From contig NIVC01001566.1 in assembly GCA_002269645.1 (NCBI GenBank), forward strand, positions 1-64,000: a stretch of 64,000 nt of DNA, written 5' to 3'. Position 1 is the stretch's first letter. Every line of letters starts with the position of its first letter. The stretch is from Macrostomum lignano (taxonomy: Eukaryota). The position numbers were made by a program, and so were the translations under genes. A model generated the notes under the pieces. It was given only the letters and a program-made list of their open reading frames with translations, was not told where the DNA came from and made no database searches. Shown piece by piece: positions 37,301-49,860 of the stretch.

Positions 37301-40300
37301 AAAGGAGAGATGAGAGAGCAAAGACAAGAGAGAAGAGAGGTGGAGGAAGAGACGAGAGAAGAGGGGAGATGAGAGAGGAGAGAAGAAAGAAGAGATGAGA
37401 TGACAGGAGAGACGAAATACGAGAGAGAAGAAAGGTAGGGGAAGAGACGAGAGAAGAGGGGAGAGAGGAGAGAAGAGAGAAGAAAGAAGAGATGAGATGA
37501 CAGGAGACGAAAGACGAGAAAGAAGAGAGGAAACAGTAGAGAAGATAGAAGTTTTGAAGGATCCAAGAGACGTGAGAGAGGCAGATGCAGAGGTCAGAGT
37601 TTTCTAATACATGTTTTAGACAGACATTGCCTAATATTCTGCGCAGCACCCCAGCCAATGAGATCAATGCTTGCCCTAAATCTTAATTTTACACAAATTT
37701 ACTCCATTCTATGTTTACCTCTATCCTAACTATTAACAAGTTTTCGTTTGTGTATGACATTCGATTTTAGAACACAGGCAAAAATAGTTCCAGGGATTGG
37801 AATTCCCTGGGTTCAAAATCTGTGGGTTTCAACAGCTTGTACAATATAATACATATAATACATTGGCCAAGGAGAGGCCTAAATGGCTAAATTAAATTGT
37901 TACATTATAAAATAGAAATCTCTTTTTTGGCACAGTTGGTACACTTATAGTAAAAAGTGGAAAAATTATTTAGAAGTTACATTGATTCCTAGCTCCAGGT
38001 TTTGTTCCATATGGAAAAGATTGCTCAGTTTGTCTGCAGGTTGAAGTCCCATGTTCCTGGACCACTTGTTGCAGGTGTTGTCTATAAATTTCATTTTTCT
38101 ATGGATCAAAACATCACCTACATTGGTAAAACTAAGCGACACTTGTACACAAGGGTTAAGGAGCATTGGATTAGAAATTCTGCCATCAATGAGCACCTTC
38201 TCACATGCAACTCCTGCTGCAATATGAACTGTTGTGAGTATAAAAATGTTTAAAGTTATCGATTCCTGTAGCAAAGAAAACAAATTGAACATTCTCGAGG
38301 CAATGTACATCAAGGCTCAGAAACTAAATTTGAACTGCCAGATAGCCATGGGGGGTGCAAGCCGCCAACTCAATGTGTTTTAGCTACGTTGGCAGTCTAG
38401 TTGAACTTTATTTAGGTTTTCTTTCTCTTGTTAACCGGGCTGGACTGAAATTGATTTGCACATGGCATTGTACAGTCTTCATTTCTTAAATAAAATATAT
38501 AACTTGGTTCTGTGTGATTAATTGACGTGTCTGCTCTGAAGATGACCGATTGTGGTTGAAATGCATTGGCAAAACTAAAATGTTGATTTTGAGTTTTCTT
38601 TACAGTTATAGTAAGTTATTATAACAAGTATAATAATCAGCATATATTAGTATATCATTATTGTCAGTTCTTTTTTTTTATTAATCAACAATATATTTTC
38701 CTATTTATTTCTATATTTTTTCATGTGCCATTCTTTTAAAGAATTCTTGAGTCCTTGGGGTTAAGGATTTAGCAATATAGATAGAAATTGTTTGCTTGGT
38801 AGCAGATATAATGTATATTAAGATTTGAAGGCAAAAACTTTTTACAAAAAATAGTTTTAAAAGCATCAAAGATATAAATAAAGAATCATATATCTAATTC
38901 CTTATGTACATATATATAACCATCTATTTTGTCATTGGGAATTGTTTTTGTTGTCTTTTGCTTCCATGCTAGTTAGCCCTTTGCTTTAACCAACAGAAAA
39001 GTTCTCCAATGATAATGAGTCAAAACAGGGATCATATGATTTTTTGTTCAAAGATGGCCAATTTTACAGATCTGGCCAAGAATGGTTTGTAACTTGTTGG
39101 TACACACTGCTATTGCAGCTGGATGACTATTTGGCTTTTTGTTTTGACTAGTTATAGTTTATAAAAAAAAGTGCAATGGCTTTCTGAATACTCTAATAAA
39201 TATTTTACATTGCTACAATGCTATTTGCAAAATCTAAAAATGGCTTTAAGGGTTTTACCTATATTTCACCTAAAACGATAATAATATAATTAATGTCCTA
39301 TTGTGAGTAAATGGCGGGAGTATCTATATGCTGAAGTGCCTCGTCATCTAAATAGCTCACTGTGCCCCAATCTGACAGTTGGCGGAATCTACACTGTAAT
39401 CCGCACCAAAGCTGGCGTCTCTGTTGACGAACTAAAAGATCACTATGTACTTTTGGGTCCATATAATGAGCACTGCTGCCGAACCGAGCTGGAGTATGGC
39501 GAGCCTAGCAACGAAGCGCTTCAACGAACTGTTCAAGCAATGAGATCCGCCGGCTGCAAAGTGGTCACCGGGCGCTGGCTTATCGAAGGCTATCCAAATG
39601 TTGTGCTGTTCGACGTTGGCACCAGCGCGCATCGTCTGGACGAATTCAAGCACGAGCTGTGGGAGAAGGTCTGTCTGTACATTTTCTAGCTAAGTAGCAC
39701 CATTAATACATGCGCAACCCCCCCTCCGTGTTTTACACCAAAAATGCGACTTACCTCTGAAAGTGTTAAAGAAATAATCAAGTCTAATAAATCTGAGGGT
39801 TAGACTTTAACAAAAAACAGGTAAATGAGCCCTGTGGCTAAATTATTGCTTATATATTAAATCAAATCGATCTTCTCACTCCAACTCTCTGGCTCATCAA
39901 CGCCTCACGCGCATCAACCCCACCCCAACACCTCTGAGACGGGGACCGCCAAGTGTACACTGGCGACGCTACACATAGCAGAGGGTCGGTACGCAGGCAC
40001 TCCAAATCCAACACAGAAAGAAACCCTGAAGCAAAAATTAACGCAATTTTGGGTAAATGGCAGGAGTAACTATAACTTTCTTATTAAGGGTAAAAGCCTC
40101 GTCATCTAATTAGTTTTATGTCTACTACTACGACAACCCCCTGCCGATTTTTTTGTATACAAAAATAATGACAAATTTTTAGCGACATCTCGTCGATTTA
40201 CGACTGGGGCGATGGAATTGTCTCTGGGATGCTTCTTGGTCTAGGCACCGTTTGCTATCCTTTTTTATTTCGTATTTTTTAAAGTATAATTTTAGCTGTT

Positions 40301-43300
40301 CCTTGTGTCTTTTCTAGCCTTTCATGCTTGTTCTCTGTTATCTATTTTCACCTCTATAAACAGCCAGTGCCGCACCTTATCTATATAGAATCTGTCTAAA
40401 AAGCAAACCATTTGCAGGTGCAACAAAGCTAACGAAACCAAAGTGCTAACTGGAAGATTAAGCTAAGAGAGTTTACGCGAGAGCCATGGCCCTTGAAGAG
40501 AGAGCGGGCGCATTAGATATTTTGCAATACCAGATCAGACAGTTATTATGCAGTGTCTATTTAAGCGAAGCTAGAGATGTGATAGCAGTGTCTATTAAGG
40601 GTAGCTATGAAAGGGGTATTATGGTGACTTAAACAGCCCGATTTAGTTTCGTACTAACCGCGATTAACTCTGCTTAACTCTAACTCTAGGCAATCCGATG
40701 ATGCGCATTTCAAACAATATAAGCAAAGCCAGAACTCACGCGACCCCCCCCCCCGCAGGCGCACATCGGCATACCCTATCACGATCGCGAGTCAAACGAC
40801 GCCATCATTTTTGGCGCTCTAGTCGCCTGGTTTCTCGGCGAGTTCCGCAGCCAGCTGGCCAACCTGGGCGATGACCCGGCCTCTGTGCCCATTACAGCTC
40901 ACTTCCATGAATGGCTGACTGGAGTCGGCCTCATCTTGGCCAGGTGCCGCCGCCTGCCAGTTTCCACCGTGTTCACCACGCACGCCACCCTACTTGGCCG
41001 CTACCTGTGCGCCGGTCACGTGGACTTCTATAACAATTTGGACAAATTCAATATCGACAAGGAGGCCGGGGACCGCAATATTTATCATCGATATTGCATC
41101 GAACGGGCGGCGGTGCACTGCAGCCACGTGTTCACCACCGTATCCGAGATCACTGGCCTGGAGAGCCAGTTTCTGTTAAAACGGGTTCCAGATGTTATCA
41201 CGCCTAACGGTCTGAATGTGGTCAAGTTTGCCGCTCTGCACGAGTTCCAGGTGCGCGTCCGGTGTCTCAAAATTGTCCTCCAGCTGACCTTATAAGAATC
41301 GCCCTCCAGCTGACCTTATACGAATCGCCCCTTGAATTTTTAAGAATCACCCTTGACTTTATAAGAATCGCCCTTTGGATTTCTAAGAATCGCCCATTGA
41401 CTTTATAAGAATCGCCCTTTGGATTTCTAAGAATCGCCCATTGACTTATAAGAATCGCCCTTTGGATTTCTAAGAATCGCCCATTGACTTTATAAGAATC
41501 GCCCCTTGACTTATGAAGAATCGCCCCTTGACTTTAGAAGAATCGCCCCTTGACTTTAGAAGAATCGCCCATTGACTTTATAAGAATCGCCCCTTGCCTT
41601 TATAGGAATCGCCCTTTGGATTTCTAAGAATCGCCCATTGACTTTATAAGAATCGCCCCTTGACTTTGGAAGAATCGCCCCTTGACTTAAGAATAATCGC
41701 CCCTTGACTTTATAAGAATCGCCCTTTGGATTTCTAAGAATCGCCCATTGACTTTATAAGAATCGCCCCTTGACTTTGGAAGAATCGCCCCTTGACTTTA
41801 GAAGAATCGCCCCTTGACTTTAGAAGAATCGCCCATTGACTTTATAAGAATCGCCCATTGACTTTAGAAGAATCGCCCTTTGACTTTATAAGAATCGCCC
41901 CTTGACTTTAGAAGAATCGCCCCTTGACTTTATAAGAATCGCCCCTGACCTTATAAGAATCGCCCTCCAGCTGACCTTATAAGAATCGCCCTTCAGCTGA
42001 CCTTATAAGAATCGCCCTTCAGCTGACCTTATAAGAATCGCCCTTCAGCTGACCTTATAAGAATCGCCCCTCGAATTTATAAGAATAATCGCCCTAATCG
42101 CCCTTGACTTTATAAGAATCGCTCTTGGTTTTTTAAAAATCGCCCTTGACTTTATAAGAATCGCCCTTTGTTTTTTAAAAATCGCCCTTGACTTTATAAG
42201 AATCGCCATCCAGCTGACCTTCAAATAGCCCTGCCCCATACCCCAATCTAACAGAACCGGCATGCGATGGCCAAGGAGAAGATCAACAGGTTTATCCAGG
42301 GCCACTTTCACGGCCACTACGATTTTGACATGGACAAAGTGCTCTACTTCTTCATCGCGGGCCGCTACGAGTACTCAAACAAGGGCGCCGATGTGTTCAT
42401 CGAGGCCCTGTCCCGGCTCAACTTCTATCTGAAGGAGATCAACAGCGCTGTCACCGTGGTTGCTTTCCTGATCTTCCCGGCGCGCACCGCCTCCTTCAAT
42501 GTGGAATCTTTTCGTGGACAGGCCATTGTGAAAGGCATGCGCGACACTTGCAAACAGATTGAACAGGATATTGGCAATAGGATGTTCGAGCTGTGCCTGC
42601 AGGTGAGCAGCTGGCTGGGGTCTGTGTGAACTGTGCTGAACTTTTGCCATCACCCATCCTCCTCCGACGTGCCCTCAACACCCGCCCCGCACCCACTATC
42701 CTCCCCCAGTATCCGCCTGCACCCACTATCCTCCCCCAGTATCCGCCTGCACCCACTATCCTCTCCCCAATATCCGCCTGCACCCACTATCCTCCCCCAG
42801 TATCCGCCTGCACCCACTATCCTCCCCCAGTATCCGCCTGCACCCACTATCCTCCCCCACTATCCTCCCCCATTATCCGCCTGCACCCACTATCCTCCCC
42901 CACTATCCTCCCCCATTATCCGCCTGCACCCACTATCCTCCCCCAGTATCCGCCTGCACCCACTATCCTCCCCCAGTATCCGCCTGCACCCACTATCCTC
43001 CCCCACTATCCTCCCCCATTATCCGCCTGCACCCACTATCCTCCCCCATTATCCGCCTGCACCCACTATCCTCCCCCAGTATCCGCCTGCACCCACTATC
43101 CTCCCCAGTATCCGCCTGCACCCACTATCCTCCCCCAGTATCCGCCTGCACCCACTATCCTCCCCCACTATCCTCCCCCATTATCCGCCTGCACCCACTA
43201 TCCTCTCCCCAGTATCCGCCTGCACCCACTATCCTCCCCCAGTATCCGCCTGCACCCACTATCCTCCCCCAGTATCCGCCTGCACCCACTATCCTCCCCC

Positions 43301-46300
43301 AGTATCCGCCTGCACCCACTATCCTCCCCCAGTATCCGCCTGCACCCACTATCCTCCCCCAGTATCCGCCTGCACCCACTATCCTCCCCCAGTATCCGCC
43401 TGCACCCACTATCCTCCCCCAGTATCCGCCTGCACCCACTATCCTCCCCAGTATCCGCCTGCACCCACTATCCTCCCCCATTATCCGCCTGCACCCACTA
43501 TCCTCCCCCAGTATCCGCCTGCACCCACTATCCTCCCCCAGTATCCGCCTGCACCCACTATCCTCCCCCAGTATCCGCCTGCACCCACTATCCTCCCCCA
43601 CTATCCTCCCCCATTATCCGCCTGCACCCACTATCCTCTCCCCAGTATCCGCCTGCACCCACTATCCTCCCCCAGTATCCGCCTGCACCCACTATCCTCC
43701 CCCAGTATCCGCCTGCACCCACTATCCTCCCCCAGTATCCGCCTGCACCCACTATCCTCCCCAGTATCCGCCTGCACCCACTATCCTCCCCCAGTATCCG
43801 CCTGCACCCACTATCCTCCCCCAGTATCCGCCTGCACCCACTATCCTCCCCCAGTATCCGCCTGCACCCACTATCCTCCCCAGTATCCGCCTGCACCCAC
43901 TATCCTCCCCAGTATCCGCCTGCACCCACTATCCTCCCCCAGTATCCGCCTGCGCCCACTATCCTCCCCAGTATCCGCCTGCACCCACTATCCTCCCCCA
44001 GTATCCGCCTGCACCCACTATCCTCCCCCAGTATCCGCCTGCACCCACTATCCTCCCCCACTATCCTCCCCCATTATCCGCCTGCACCCACTATCCTCTC
44101 CCCAGTATCCGCCTGCACCCACTATCCTCCCCCAGTATCAGCCTGCACCCACTATCCTCCCCCAGTATCCGCCTGCACCCACTATCCTCCCCCAGTATCC
44201 GCCTGCACCCACTATCCTCCCCACTATCCTCCCCCATTATCCGCCTGCACCCACTATCCTCTCCCCAGTATCCGCCTGCACCCACTATCCTCCCCCAGTA
44301 TCCGCCTGCACCCACTATCCTCCCCCAGTATCCGCCTGCACCCACTATCCTCCCCCAGTATCCGCCTGCACCCACTATCCTCCCCCAGTATCCGCCTGCA
44401 CCCACTATCCTCCCCCAGTATCCGCCTGCACCCACTATCCTCCCCCAGTATCCGCCTGCACCCACTATCCTCCCCCAGTATCCGCCTGCACCCACTATCC
44501 TCCCCCACTATCCTCCCCCATTATCCGCCTGCACCCACTATCCTCTCCCCAGTATCCGCCTGCACCCACTATCCTCCCCCAGTATCCGCCTGCACCCACT
44601 ATCCTCCCCCAGTATCCGCCTTCACCCACTATCCTCCCCCAGTATCCGCCTGCACCCACTATCCTCCCCCACTATCCTCCCCCATTATCCGCCTGCACCC
44701 ACTATCCTCCCCACTATCCTCCCCCATTATCCGCCTGCACCCACTATCCTCCCCCAGTATCCGCCTGCACCCACTATCCTCCCCCAGTATCCGCCTGCAC
44801 CCACTATCCTCCCCCACTATCCTCCCCCATTATCCGCCTGCACCCACTATCCTCCCCCAGTATCCGCCTGCACCCACTATCCTCCCCCAATATCCGCCTG
44901 CACCCACTATCCTCCCCCAATATCCGCCTGCACCCACTATCCTCTCCCCAATATCCGCCCCCAAAATCCGCCCCAAACTCAAAAACCGCCCCGCGCTTAC
45001 TTTCCTCCGTAAATATCCGCCCCAAGCCGCCCTACTGGCCGCTCTCCAGCCTCTCCCTAATGAATACAATTACCACAAAACTGCCGCGTCCCGTGCAGGG
45101 CCGCATACCCGAAGGCAAGGACATTCTTCGCCAAGAGGACGTTGTCCAGTTGAAGCGCTGCGTCTATGGCACAAACCGCACCCACCTGCCGCCAATATGC
45201 ACGCACAATGTCATAGACGACAGCAAGGACCCCGTGCTAGCCGACCTTCGCCGTTGCCAGCTATTCAACAATCGCTCCGACCGCGTCAAAGTGGTGTTCC
45301 ATCCCGAGTTTCTGAACTCCAGCAATCCGCTGCTGCCCATGGACTACGAAGAGTTTGTGCGCGGCTGCCACCTGGGCGTGTTCCCGTCCTATTACGAGCC
45401 GTGGGGCTACACCCCGGCCGAGTGCACCGTGCTGGGCATTCCGTCTGTGTCCACCAACCTCAGCGGCTTCGGCTGCTTCATGGAGCAGCACATCGAGGAT
45501 CCGGCCAGCTATGGCATCTACGTGGTTGACAGGCGCTACCGGTCCGGGGAGGAGTCTGTTAGTGCTGCATCATTTTTTATGATGATGATTATCGTCAGTG
45601 GCTGGGTCTATCTATCCACGTGTCCACCTTTATGGTTATCTATGATATTCACCCCCATGATAATCAGCCTCCATGATAATCACCCCCATGATCATCACCC
45701 CCATGATAATCACCCCCATGATCATCACCCCCATGATCATCACCCCCATGATCATCACCCCCATGATAATCACCCCATGATCATCACCCCATGATAATCA
45801 CCCCCATGATCATCACCCCCATGATCATCACCCCATGATCATCACCCCCATGATCATCACCCCCATGATCATCACCCCCATGATCATCACCCCCATGATC
45901 ATCACCCCCATGATCATCACCCCCATGATCATCACCCCCATGATCATCACCCCCATAATCATCACCCCCATAATCATCACCCATGATAATCACCCCCATG
46001 ATCATCACCCCCCATGATAATCACCCCCATGATCATCACCCCCATGATAATCTCTACCATGCTCATCACCCCCCATGATATTCACCCCATGATAATCAGC
46101 CTCCATGATAATCACCCCCATGATCATCACCACCATGATAATCACACCCATGATCATCACCCCCCATGATAATCACCCCCATGATCATCACCCCCATGAT
46201 AATCTCTACCATGCTCATCACCCCCCATGATATTCACCCCATGATAATCAGCCTCCATGATAATCACCCCCATGATCATCACCACCATGATAATCACCCC

Positions 46301-47589
46301 ATGATCATCACCACCATGATCATCACCCCCCATGATCATCACCCCCCTGATCATCACCCCCATGATCATCACCCCCATGATAATCACCCCCATGATCATC
46401 ACCCCCATGATCATCACCCCCCTGATCATCACCCCCATGATCATCACCCCCATGATATTCACCCCCATGATAATCAGCCTCCATGATCATCACCCCCATG
46501 ATATTCACCCCCATGATAATCAGCCTCCATGATAATCACCCCCATGATCATCACCCCCATAATCATCACCCCCATAATCATCACCACATGATCATCAGCC
46601 CCATGATTATCACCCCCATGATCATCACCCCATGATCATCACCCCCATGATCATAACCCCCCTATGATAATCACCCCATGATCATCACCCCCATGATTAT
46701 CACCCCCATGATCATCACCCCCATGATCATCACCCCATGATCATCACCCCATGATCATCACCCCCCATGATCATCACCCCCCATGATCATCACCCCCATG
46801 ATCATCACCCCCCATGATCATCACCCCCATGATCATCACCCCATGATCATCACCCCCCATGATCATCACCCCATGATCATCACCCCATGATAATCACCCC
46901 CATGATCATCACCCCATGATAATCACCCCCATGATCATCACCCCCAGGATCATCACCCCCATGATCATCACCCCATGATCATCACCCCCAGGATCATCAC
47001 CCCCATGATCATCACCCCATGATCATCACCCCCCAGGATCATCACCCCCATGATCATCACCCCCCATGATAATCAAAATTCTCACTTAAATAAATCATAT
47101 ATCTGACTCATGATAATCATATCTGCACACAATAATCCACCCTATCGCCGCTCCCATTCCGGTCCGCAGGTGCAGCAGCTCGCCCAGTTCATGTTCGACT
47201 TCACCCAGTTGAACCGGCGCCAGCGCATCATTTTGCGCAATCGGACCGAGCGGCTCAGCGAATTGCTCGACTGGAAAAATCTGGCCATCTATTATCGCAA
47301 AGCCAGACTGGCGGCCGTTTCCGCCACCCACCCGGCCCTGTTCAAGGACTCAGTCCGCGAAGTCGGCGGCGCCGGAGTCGGCACCGGCAAAGGCCCGTCG
47401 TCGATCATCCTGAGCCGGCCGCTGTCGGCCGTGGCCAGCCCGATGGGCAGCCGGGCCTCGACTCCGCATCACAGCAATCCTGGCAGCGACGACGAGGGCG
47501 ACACCGGCACCGGGGCTGGCGCGGTTAGCAGCGAAGACGAAGTCGACGAGGACGCCGAACGGGCCGAGCTGTCGTCCCGGTCCAACTGA
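31368..47589 (+). CDS. GYS: Glycogen synthase; exons 31368-31533, 39379-39668, 40759-41250, 42255-42602, 45099-45557, 47170-47589; 724 aa
   Basis: Spliced CDS of 2175 nt, all GT-AG. Motifs include [10 protein letters not shown]|[66 protein letters not shown], a C-terminal SxxxS cluster [20 protein letters not shown] and N-terminal KRRSSM. Confidence 0.97.
31692..31952. mobile_element. MITE-like element with ~49 bp inverted repeats (31692-31740 and 31904-31952)
   Basis: AATGGCTAAAGTTCCAGCACCAGAACC...ATGGATC matches the reverse complement of the right arm with few mismatches; no TSD seen. Confidence 0.7.
32318..33645. mobile_element. Non-autonomous TIR element with a 9 bp TSD (Mutator/Foldback-like)
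   Basis: TIR ACAAGTATAACTTTGGCCGTCAA / TTGATGGCCAAAGTTATACTCGT; GATCAATTA duplicated at 32309-32317 and 33646-33654; subterminal (GTTAACAGAA)-like repeats in opposite orientations. Confidence 0.75.
32939..33442. mobile_element. MITE with an 8 bp TSD nested inside the previous element
   Basis: TIR CCATAGTGTGGATCATGCTAAGTGCACGCGAGAA versus the reverse complement CCATAGTGTAGATCATGTAGTGCACGCGAGAA; ACAGAATA at 32931-32938 and 33443-33450. Confidence 0.75.
34324..35453. mobile_element. Foldback-like element with ~145 bp terminal inverted repeats enclosing two minisatellites
   Basis: 34324-34470 matches the reverse complement of 35309-35453 (ACTAGCAATCTAGTGC...CATGGAAA.CAATTAAAAAAGCACATTTTCT...AAAATTGTCAT); internal TTATTGCAC- and TGCTTGCTATCTGGGTGGA-type repeats. 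Confidence 0.75.
36790..37545. repeat. AG-rich low-complexity tract, GYS intron 1
   Basis: Polypurine low complexity. Confidence 0.88.
37990..38605 (+). mobile_element. Solo pseudo-LTR (GIY-YIG fragment plus 3' UTR) of a related Penelope-like family, in GYS intron 1
   Basis: ORF 38002-38253 [25 protein letters not shown]...[34 protein letters not shown], then a frameshifted [29 protein letters not shown]; clearly homologous to 17769-18433. Confidence 0.88.
38532..38571 (+). ncRNA. Minimal hammerhead ribozyme motif
   Basis: TGCT-CTGAAGA-T-GACC-GATTGT-GGTT-GAA-ATGCAT-T-GGCA: stem I TGCT/GGCA (one GU), stem II GACC/GGTT, palindromic stem III, AUU site. Confidence 0.7.
41275..42222. repeat. 22-26 bp minisatellite AAGAATCGCCCCTTGACTTTAT / AAGAATCGCCCTTCAGCTGACCTTAT, GYS intron 3
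   Basis: Direct tandem repetition; CAGCTGACCT variants at both ends. Confidence 0.95.
42683..44955. repeat. 30 bp minisatellite CCGCCTGCACCCACTATCCTCCCCCAGTAT, ~75 copies, GYS intron 4
   Basis: Direct tandem repetition with 29/31/43 bp variants. Confidence 0.98.
45645..47072. repeat. 15 bp minisatellite CACCCCCATGATCAT, ~95 copies, GYS intron 5
   Basis: Direct tandem repetition. Confidence 0.98.
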
Positions 47590-47693
47590 GCTGAGCTGAG
47601 CGGCGAGCAGGACTTCTGTGGAGCACTGAGAGAGGGCGGTTTTTTATAAATCATGGATCTTTTTGCTTGGTTTGAAATTTGCAACGGGACCTT

Positions 47694-48060
47694 AGAGACG
47701 CTTAGCAACGGAAGTTTTACCTTGGATACGCTTAGCAACGGGAGGTTTTACCTTGGATACGCTTAGCAACGGGAGGTTTTACCTTGGATACGCTTAGCAA
47801 CGGGAGGTTTTACCTTGGATACGCTTAGCAACGGGAGGTTTTACCTTGGATACGCTTAGCAACGGAAAGTTTTACCTTGGATACGCTTAGCAACGGAAAG
47901 TTTTACCTTGGATACGCTTAGCAACGGGAAGTTTTACCTTGGATACGCTTAGCAACGGAAAGTTTTACCTTGGATACGCTTAGCAACGGAAAGTTTTACC
48001 TTGGATACGCTTAGCAACGGAAAGTTTTACCTTGGATACGCTTAGCAACGGGAAGTTTTA
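47694..48060. repeat. 31 bp minisatellite GATACGCTTAGCAACGGGAGGTTTTACCTTG, ~12 copies, ~100 bp after the GYS stop
   Basis: Direct tandem repetition. Confidence 0.96.
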
Positions 48061-49140
48061 CATGTACGCTTAGAAACACGATTGGTTACTTTGGATACAC
48101 ATAGCAATGGTTTCTTGTTTCGGTTAAATGTTTGTGCTAACATCACTGATTCAACATTGGTTAAATATTTGTGGATGGAATAATATTTTGCTCACGTGTT
48201 GTTTATTTAGTTCTATTTTTAAATTTGCGAACCAACTGGCATTAGCGCTGTTTAGTTAGTTGACAACCTTTTTCTTTGAGCGGCAAACAACACATGGCGC
48301 CTACCGATTTAGTTAAGATCTATTGACTCTTTCTAGTTTTACAATTCCGCCAACAAAATAGATAATGCACTTTAGTTTAGTGAATCTTTTTTTCTATTGT
48401 TTTTTCTTTAGATTTTCTATAGATCTTAATCAATTATAGTTGAAGCCTGCCCGCGCATAACTGTCAAACTTTGATTGCTCTTTAAACGCTCCCCCCCCAT
48501 TCTTTACTAACAGAATTTTTGCTACCAAAAGTATGATCCCTCTTTATCATTATTTTCGCTCGACCGTTGAAATGCTAGATAGACTTATTATTATTGAAAT
48601 TTCTAATGCCTGTTTGCTGACGCACTACTTGCCACTTCGTTTTTTGTTAGTAGTGTGTTTGCGCATAAGTTGATAAATTTATCTGTTTTGCAGTACAAGC
48701 CGAGTGTTTCTGGCGCGAAGTTGGCTTTTTTATCTTTTATTCTGTTGATAGATTGATAGTTTTGCTTGATTGATTGATAATTTGAATTTTTCAGAGTGTA
48801 CGCCATTAACCCATTAATAAGTCATTCATTTAGCGCACTTTTCCCTATTCATTAGCTTTGTACCAAATCGAGTCTGCAGTGCGCGTTCTGCAGTGTCACC
48901 CCGGCTCTCCTCCCCCCCGCTTGCTAGCTGTAGCTCTTATTTGGAATGATATTGTTTGGTCTGAATAAAATAAAAATATAATAATCTTTCTTTGTAGCCA
49001 GCGGCGCGGTCCTTAGTTCGATTTGATTGATTGCGTTCGTAGATTTTCTTATACCGACCTCTGATCGCTGTTAGAATTTGATTGAGTATTCAATTTGCTG
49101 CTGCCTTTGCTGCGTTGGTCATTTACTCTCAAATTATCCG

Positions 49141-49161
49141 CTGTCTGTGTGTGTGTCTGTC

Positions 49162-49192
<31 letters not shown>

Positions 49193-49271
49193 CTGTCTGT
49201 GTGTCTGTCTGTGTGTGTGTGTGTGTGTCTGTCTGTGTGTGTGTGTGTGTCTGTCTGTGTGTGTGTGTGTG

Positions 49272-49314
<43 letters not shown>

Positions 49315-49523
49315 GTGTCTGTCTGTCTGTGTGTGTGTCTGTGTGTGTGTCTGTGTGTGTGTCTGTGTGTGTGTCTGTGTGTGTGTGTGTGTGTGTGTCT
49401 GTCTGTGTGTCTGTCTGTGTGTGTGTGTGTGTGTGTGTCTGTCTGTCTGTCTGTCTGTCTGTGTGTCTGTCTGTCTGTCTGTCTGTCTGTGTGTCTGTCT
49501 GTGTGTCTGTGTGTGTGTCTGTG

Positions 49524-49554
<31 letters not shown>

Positions 49555-49720
49555 GTGTCTGTCTTTCTGTCTGTCTGTCTGTCTGTGTGTGTGTGTGTGT
49601 GTGTCTGTCTGTCTTTCTGTCTGTGTGTGTGTGTCTGTCTGTCTTTCTGTCTGTCTGTCTGTTTGTCTGTCTGCTTGCCTCTCTGTCTGTCTGTCTGTCT
49701 GTGTGTCTGTCTGTCTGTCT
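49141..49720. repeat. (GT)/(GTCT) compound microsatellite
   Basis: Direct observation. Confidence 0.96.
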
Positions 49721-49860
49721 ACAGGGTGCTCATGCTCTGTACGGTAAAAACCTTGAACACCTGGAATTTATTAAAACTCAATATTTGCAAAATACAGTAT
49801 AAGAGCTAGAGCTATCCCAACGATGCCAAAGCAAGGTTACAGAGAAAAAGAAGCTTTGGA

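Noticed and set aside
42593-45794. 978 and 1053 aa extensin-like Pro-rich ORFs, one fused to GYS exon 5
   Set aside because: Stop-free translation of a 30 bp array. GYS splices cleanly 42602/45099, and the retained-intron frame stops at 42629.
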